A DNA stretch of 30,513 nt, taken from positions 1 through 30,513 of the forward strand of contig JBHLOY010000019.1 in assembly GCA_048939995.1 (NCBI GenBank), given 5' to 3'. The notes under the pieces are model-generated. The model was not told the origin of the DNA and searched no databases. It saw only the letters and a list, made by a program, of their open reading frames with translations. Positions within the stretch are counted from its first letter, which is position 1. Each line of letters opens with the position of its first letter. Below, piece after piece: positions 25,853-30,513 of the stretch. Origin of the DNA: Promethearchaeota archaeon. GTDB lineage: Archaea; Asgardarchaeota; Lokiarchaeia; Sigyniarchaeales; SOKP01. Position numbers and translations under genes: made by a program.

Positions 25853-26719
25853 TTATTCAGTTTCAGAAAAGATACTTTTCCTTATTTTTTTTCCTGTTTT
25901 AGTAGCAGCGATTCCACCCTTGCCAGTTTCCTTTAATTCGTATGGCATTTTACGACCGACTTTCATCAAGGCATCTATAACTTCATCAGCAGGGATGATA
26001 GAAATCACACCTGATAATGCCATTTCAGCAGCTAAAAAAGCGTTAACAACACCTATTGCATTTCTTTTAATACATGGCGAAATTACAAGTCCTGCAACAG
26101 GGTCACATACAAGTCCTAATAGATTTTTTAGGGTTAAAGCGATAGCATTGCTCATTTGTTCAGATGTTCCCCCTGCCATATAAGTGATAGCTGCAGCAGC
26201 CATTGCAGATGCAACTCCGACTTCAGCTTGACATCCCCCCTCACTGCCTGATAACATCGCTTTATTACCTATGATTGATCCAATTGCTGCTGCAACGATC
26301 AAAGCATTTAGAATATCATCATCTGATTTATTAAGGATCTCCTTTGCTTTAAAAAGTACGGCAGGTAGAACTCCAGAGGAGCCTGCTGTTGGACAAGCAA
26401 CTATTAGACCCATACCACTATTATATTCTCCAATAGCCATTGCCCAGCCCACAGCTTCTTTTAAATTATTACCGTAAAATATCCCTGGTGAAAGCATTTT
26501 CTTAGCTTGATGGCTAGCTTCTTTAATAGGTAATTCAATATCAATTGCAAGTGCCTTCTCAAGAGATTGTTTCATTACTCTTAAAGATTTATTTAACTTT
26601 TCAATAATCTCATCTTTAGGAGTATTTTGATATTCTATTTCATCCTTTATTATTAACTCATGTAGGGGAATACCTTTAGCTTCAGATTCATTAACAAGGT
26701 TCAAAATTGATTCAAACAT
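25853..26719 (-). CDS. sdaAA: L-serine dehydratase, Fe-S dependent, alpha subunit
   Basis: Motifs VACPTAGSSGVLP, GGCQAEVG, GLVCDPVAGLV..PCIKRN, ETGKGGIA. Confidence 0.95.
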   Translation of the reverse strand: MFESILNLVNESEAKGIPLHELIIKDEIEYQNTPKDEIIEKLNKSLRVMKQSLEKALAIDIELPIKEASHQAKKMLSPGIFYGNNLKEAVGWAMAIGEYNSGMGLIVACPTAGSSGVLPAVLFKAKEILNKSDDDILNALIVAAAIGSIIGNKAMLSGSEGGCQAEVGVASAMAAAAITYMAGGTSEQMSNAIALTLKNLLGLVCDPVAGLVISPCIKRNAIGVVNAFLAAEMALSGVISIIPADEVIDALMKVGRKMPYELKETGKGGIAATKTGKKIRKSIFSETE

Positions 26720-27377
26720 TTATAATTCTCACCCATATTATTTCTGGATGCTTTTTTAAAGCATCGATTAAATCTTCTGATATAACAGAATCTGCTTCAA
26801 GCCACGTTAAAGCAATCTTCTTTTTTAGATTTCTAGATATTTTCATCGATCCTATATTTAATTTAAATTTCTGAAGTGTATTGGCAATATTGACAAGTGC
26901 TCCAATCTTATCAAAATTTAAAATTACTAATGTGTTTGGTTCTCCTCCAAAACCTGCTTCTAATCCATCTACTTCTTTGATTATGATATTACCACCCCCA
27001 ATTGATGAGCCTATAACATTCATTCTTTCTGATCCATCAATCATTTCAATACTAACCGAGTTAGGATGATAATCTATTCCTAAATCCACAAGTTCGAATG
27101 AATAATTAAGTCCCTCCTTCTTAGCAATCTCAAATGCATTCTTAATTTTTTCATCTTCTGGAGTAAAACCTAATAATCCTCCTAATATCGCAATATCTGT
27201 ACCATGTCCCCGAAATGTTTCTGCAAATGAGCCATGAAGTCCGATTTTTACTGTTTTAGGTTTTTTACCGAATAATAATTGAGCTACATATGCAATTTGA
27301 CATGCTCCAGCAGTATGACTCGAGCTGGGTCCTACCATTATATGGCCAATCACATCAAATATCGATGTATATTTCAT
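26712..27377 (-). CDS. sdaAB: L-serine dehydratase, Fe-S dependent, beta subunit (with ACT domain)
   Basis: Motifs SIFDVIGHIMVGPSSSHTAGA, HGSFAETFRGHGTD, HPNS, GSSIGGG. Overlaps sdaAA by 8 nt. Confidence 0.95.
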   Translation of the reverse strand: MKYTSIFDVIGHIMVGPSSSHTAGACQIAYVAQLLFGKKPKTVKIGLHGSFAETFRGHGTDIAILGGLLGFTPEDEKIKNAFEIAKKEGLNYSFELVDLGIDYHPNSVSIEMIDGSERMNVIGSSIGGGNIIIKEVDGLEAGFGGEPNTLVILNFDKIGALVNIANTLQKFKLNIGSMKISRNLKKKIALTWLEADSVISEDLIDALKKHPEIIWVRIINV

Positions 27378-27415
27378 AATCTATTCAACTCTAGTATCGT
27401 TTTAATTTTTTTCTA

Positions 27416-28366
27416 TTAAGGGGACTTGGTTTTCATTATAATAATTGTTGATACGATTATCATAATTGTTCCAATTATATGAAAAATTGTAAAGGTTGTA
27501 TTACGAAGTAGAGTTGCAAATAAGGCGGTGACTATTGGTGTAGGAGAAAATAAGATTGTTGCTTTCGAAACGTCTAAATATGAAAGAGTTTTATACCAAC
27601 AAAATAAACCCGCACTATAAACAGCTCCCATAAAAAAGAAATAGAAAACATTAATCGGAACAAACAATAGATTTATATTTCCTAAAGAGAAAAAAATAAA
27701 GTAGGTTGAAAATAGCATAATTCCACTGAGTATATTCCTTACAAAAACCATTTGAGCAGGAGTTGCTTCATTTCTCGTAAAGATTGGTTTAGTCAAAGTA
27801 TGCCCTAGCATCCAAAGACAAGTTATAAATAACAATATTAAAACACCAAATACCATATTAATATCTATATTTTCAAAATCAAAGGATAATTGAGTAATTG
27901 CAATTATTAAACCTAAGAATAAAGTTATCGAGAATAAAATTTGGAGCTTTGAAATTCTTTCTTTTAACAATAAATATCCAAAAATTAACCCAAAAAAGAC
28001 GGTTGTTTTCTGAGTCAGTGATCCATTTATTTCCTTAGCTAATTGGTATCCAACAAAAAATAACAATTGGTTAAGTCCAAAGATAAACCCAATAAATATC
28101 AAGAGTTTTAAATTTTTCCTCCAGTTTTTTAACAATGAAACTTTTTTTTCTACGATCTTGATTTCTCCTTTAGATTTTCTTCGATTCAATTTGATTTCAA
28201 TTAGCATTATTGGAAAAAATATTAAGGCTTCTATAAGGCATGTCATAGCCGCAAAAATATATGCATCTAGACTTTCAGGACGAGAATTTGCAACGATTGG
28301 TTGAAAACCAACGAAAAAATCTCCCAAGATCCCAAACGTTAAGCCTTTCTTAATACTCTTGTTCAC
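27416..28366 (-). CDS. EamA/DMT family transporter
   Basis: About 10 TM segments. Motifs LLKERISK and WYKTLSYLDVSKA. Confidence 0.88.
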   Translation of the reverse strand: MNKSIKKGLTFGILGDFFVGFQPIVANSRPESLDAYIFAAMTCLIEALIFFPIMLIEIKLNRRKSKGEIKIVEKKVSLLKNWRKNLKLLIFIGFIFGLNQLLFFVGYQLAKEINGSLTQKTTVFFGLIFGYLLLKERISKLQILFSITLFLGLIIAITQLSFDFENIDINMVFGVLILLFITCLWMLGHTLTKPIFTRNEATPAQMVFVRNILSGIMLFSTYFIFFSLGNINLLFVPINVFYFFFMGAVYSAGLFCWYKTLSYLDVSKATILFSPTPIVTALFATLLRNTTFTIFHIIGTIMIIVSTIIIMKTKSP

Positions 28367-28391
28367 GATATTTATTAGAAAGCTTTTAAAA

Positions 28392-29369
28392 TTAAAAATT
28401 TTTAGAAACGACTTTCTTTTTCTTTTTTCGAAAAATCATAATAATTGATATGATAATTATTGTTGTGCCAATTAAATGGAAAATTGTAAAGCTATCTCCT
28501 AAAAGTAAGACTGCAAAAAAGGAAGAGATTATTGGAGTTAGTGAATTAATGATACCAGCCTTTCCAATTTGAATATAAGACAATGTCTTATACCATAAGA
28601 ATAAAGAAAAGCCATAATCTAAACCCATTACTAAAAAGAATATAAAATTATTAAAGTCCAAAAGCATTAATAAATTCTGTAAAGGGAAAATACTTAAATA
28701 GACTACTAGTAAAATTGTGCCACTAGATAAATTACGGATGAATACTACTTGTGAAGGAAATAATTCGTTTCGATCAAATGCAGATTTAGTTATCGTATGA
28801 ATAAGCGAAAATAATGCACTAGTAAAAATAATAATAAGAACTCCAAAGTTAAATTCAAGTAAGTTAAATGAACCTTGGGTTATTGCTATAATCAAGCCGA
28901 AAAATAATAAAAAACAAAATAAAATTTGAATCTTTGATATTCTTTCTTCCTTCAGAATTAAATATCCAAATAAAAGCGCAAAAATTATTTCACTTTTAAG
29001 GGCTAAAGAACTATTAATTGCCTCCGCAAGCTCAAAACCAATATATAAAAGAACAGGGATAATACTAAAACTAATTGCAATTATAAGTAATAGCTTTAAA
29101 TTTACTCTTTTCTTCCACCCATTTAGAAGAGATTCAATTTTCGCACAATCCGTTTGATCCCTTTTTTGTTTATTCAATCTGTTTCTTTCAAAAAAGTAAA
29201 TTGGAAGGAAAACAATCGCTTCAATTAAAGCTGTGATTGCTGCGAAAATATAGGGATCGATAATACTAGGTCTTGCGATTGCTATTATAGGTTGTAATCC
29301 TATTAAGAAGGTGCCTAATATCCCACAAATTAGACCTTTTTTCAAGTTATAATTTTCCACATTAAACAA
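28392..29369 (-). CDS. EamA/DMT family transporter (tandem paralog)
   Basis: Shares KKGL..GILG, QPI.A.xRP, YIFAA, QxVFxRN.xSG and WYKTLSY with its neighbour. Confidence 0.88.
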   Translation of the reverse strand: MFNVENYNLKKGLICGILGTFLIGLQPIIAIARPSIIDPYIFAAITALIEAIVFLPIYFFERNRLNKQKRDQTDCAKIESLLNGWKKRVNLKLLLIIAISFSIIPVLLYIGFELAEAINSSLALKSEIIFALLFGYLILKEERISKIQILFCFLLFFGLIIAITQGSFNLLEFNFGVLIIIFTSALFSLIHTITKSAFDRNELFPSQVVFIRNLSSGTILLVVYLSIFPLQNLLMLLDFNNFIFFLVMGLDYGFSLFLWYKTLSYIQIGKAGIINSLTPIISSFFAVLLLGDSFTIFHLIGTTIIIISIIMIFRKKKKKVVSKNF

Positions 29370-29416
29370 AAAGAAAGAAAAAATATAGAAATTACTTTTC
29401 TTGGTCTTTAAATAAA

Positions 29417-29758
29417 TTATTTTGAAGAACTTTTAATCTCATCTAGTGTTTCTTTTGCTGAAACGTCTTTTCCAAAAACATTTTCTAAGGTTTCACATGG
29501 GTAGTTCTTACAATAAGCACAGTTTTTCAAGTCTTTCTCCCTAGCGCAATTTCTAATATCACATTTTTCGCACCAGCTAAAAAGCCTTTGGTTAGAAATA
29601 CAACCATCACATAAAAGCTCTTCTGGACTAAATTTCATTTCTCCACTAGACCAGGTTTTCGAAACTTCTTGTAATGCGTTTTTATCATTTTTTTGAGTAG
29701 CTATATATGCTGGACAGTTTGAACATGTTATACCACAATATGCTATAATTTTACTCAT
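29417..29758 (-). CDS. DUF3795 domain Cys-rich protein
   Basis: Motifs AYCGITCSNCPAY, CDGC, CEKCDIRNC, NCAYCKNYPC. Confidence 0.85.
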   Translation of the reverse strand: MSKIIAYCGITCSNCPAYIATQKNDKNALQEVSKTWSSGEMKFSPEELLCDGCISNQRLFSWCEKCDIRNCAREKDLKNCAYCKNYPCETLENVFGKDVSAKETLDEIKSSSK

Positions 29759-29829
29759 AAACTACACTTGTTTATATTGTATTATATAAGAATGTACTAT
29801 ATAGTACTAAGTAAAATATATTTTTAAAG

Positions 29830-30513
29830 TTATTGTTCTGAGTGAAGAATTTGAAAAGGTGCTGCTGTACATCTCCAAATCGCTAAATCTTCAAATCCTA
29901 GTTCTTCAGCATTAGTCTTTTCTCCACTACAGATGGATTTTAATTTTTCCCAAAGAATAGTTGCAATGACTTGAATTGGCTTACCTTTAGTTATTATTTC
30001 ACTTGCATCAATATCGATATTGTTTCTCATCCAATTACAAGTTTTAGGGTTTCCACATATTTTTATAACGGGTGTTACAGGATTACCGCATGGACTTCCC
30101 CTACCAGTTGACATAATTATTACATTGACCCCAGCAGCAGCTAAACCTGTCATAGATTCAACGTCGATTCCTGGTTCTATCATTAGCCATAAACCTTTAC
30201 CCTTAGGACGTTCTGAATATTCAAGAATTCCTTCAATTGGTGCGTTTCCTGCCTTAGCTATTGTACCTAATGACTTTTCTTCAATTGTTGTCAATCCACC
30301 CTCAATGTTGCCTGGTGTAGGCTGAATTTTTCGGAAATCTATTTTATATTCTTTTAAACTTGCTATAAAATTGTTCAAAATAGATTTAATTTTTTCAGCC
30401 ACTTTCTCATTCTTAGCTCGTTGGACTAGTATCTTCTCAGTACCAATCCATTCTGTAAATTCTGGTAATATTGATGTCCCACCTAGTTCAATAATTTTAT
30501 CAGAAATAAGACC
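29830..30513 (-). CDS. UxaA family protein (altronate/galactarate dehydratase or SuyB-like); 5'-truncated by window edge
   Basis: The frame is open to the window end (GLISDKIIELGGTSILPEFTEWIG). Motifs PGNIEGGLTTIEEKSLG and STGRGSPCGNPVTPVIK. Confidence 0.9.
   Translation of the reverse strand, partial: GLISDKIIELGGTSILPEFTEWIGTEKILVQRAKNEKVAEKIKSILNNFIASLKEYKIDFRKIQPTPGNIEGGLTTIEEKSLGTIAKAGNAPIEGILEYSERPKGKGLWLMIEPGIDVESMTGLAAAGVNVIIMSTGRGSPCGNPVTPVIKICGNPKTCNWMRNNIDIDASEIITKGKPIQVIATILWEKLKSICSGEKTNAEELGFEDLAIWRCTAAPFQILHSEQ

Noticed and set aside
2122-30325. Short antisense or overlapping ORFs in the track (e.g. 2122-2325, 5058-5294, 5282-5620, 6038-6316, 6896-7078, 8187-8375, 8522-8788, 11406-11591, 15865-16146, 17347-17619, 18905-19117, 19250-19531, 19879-20082, 21565-21747, 21904-22128, 22270-22479, 22744-22950, 25755-26183, 26271-26477, 26881-27069, 30020-30325)
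   Set aside because: These are shadows of well-supported genes with no motifs. Similarity between 15865-16146 and 17347-17619 just mirrors the radical SAM duplication.
1-30513. CRISPR array, rRNA or IS element
   Set aside because: No regularly spaced short direct repeats, rRNA-like GC-rich tract, terminal inverted repeats or transposase ORF were found by eye.

Overview
AT-rich (roughly 30% GC by eye) archaeal chromosomal window, most consistent with an Asgard archaeon of the Lokiarchaeia/Promethearchaeia type. That assignment is inferred from the archaeal Hsp20, a tRNA with bulge-helix-bulge (BHB) introns, a longin/uDENN-like protein, GGTGA/GGAGGT RBS motifs and oligo-T terminators. It holds about 29 protein-coding genes, mostly metabolic or housekeeping: CCG-domain Fe-S oxidoreductase, class III aminotransferase, transglutaminase-like protein, AAA+ ATPase, Hsp20, VOC protein, DHH phosphoesterase, PhnN-like kinase, DtxR-family and RHH regulators, Zn-dehydrogenase, three tandem B12-dependent radical SAM paralogs, LsrF-like thiolase/aldolase, M28 peptidase, ABC transporter, SdaAA/SdaAB, two EamA transporters, two DUF3795 proteins and a UxaA-family enzyme. 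The best-supported feature missing from the ORF track is a tRNA-His(GUG) gene (10064-10228, minus strand) split by three ~30-nt introns at non-canonical positions 15/16, 32/33 and 45/46. Each intron has a relaxed BHB, and excision gives a complete 73-nt cloverleaf with G-1:C73. Other notable items: a radical SAM triplication whose aligned start positions read ATG, ATA and TAA; an ABC permease fused to a CPBP intramembrane protease; a stand-alone 'methanogenesis marker 9' domain; an orphan PhnN; a longin/uDENN-like protein; and a BrxD-like ATPase. No CRISPR array, rRNA, transposase or integrase was seen. All family assignments come from motif recognition, not database searches.
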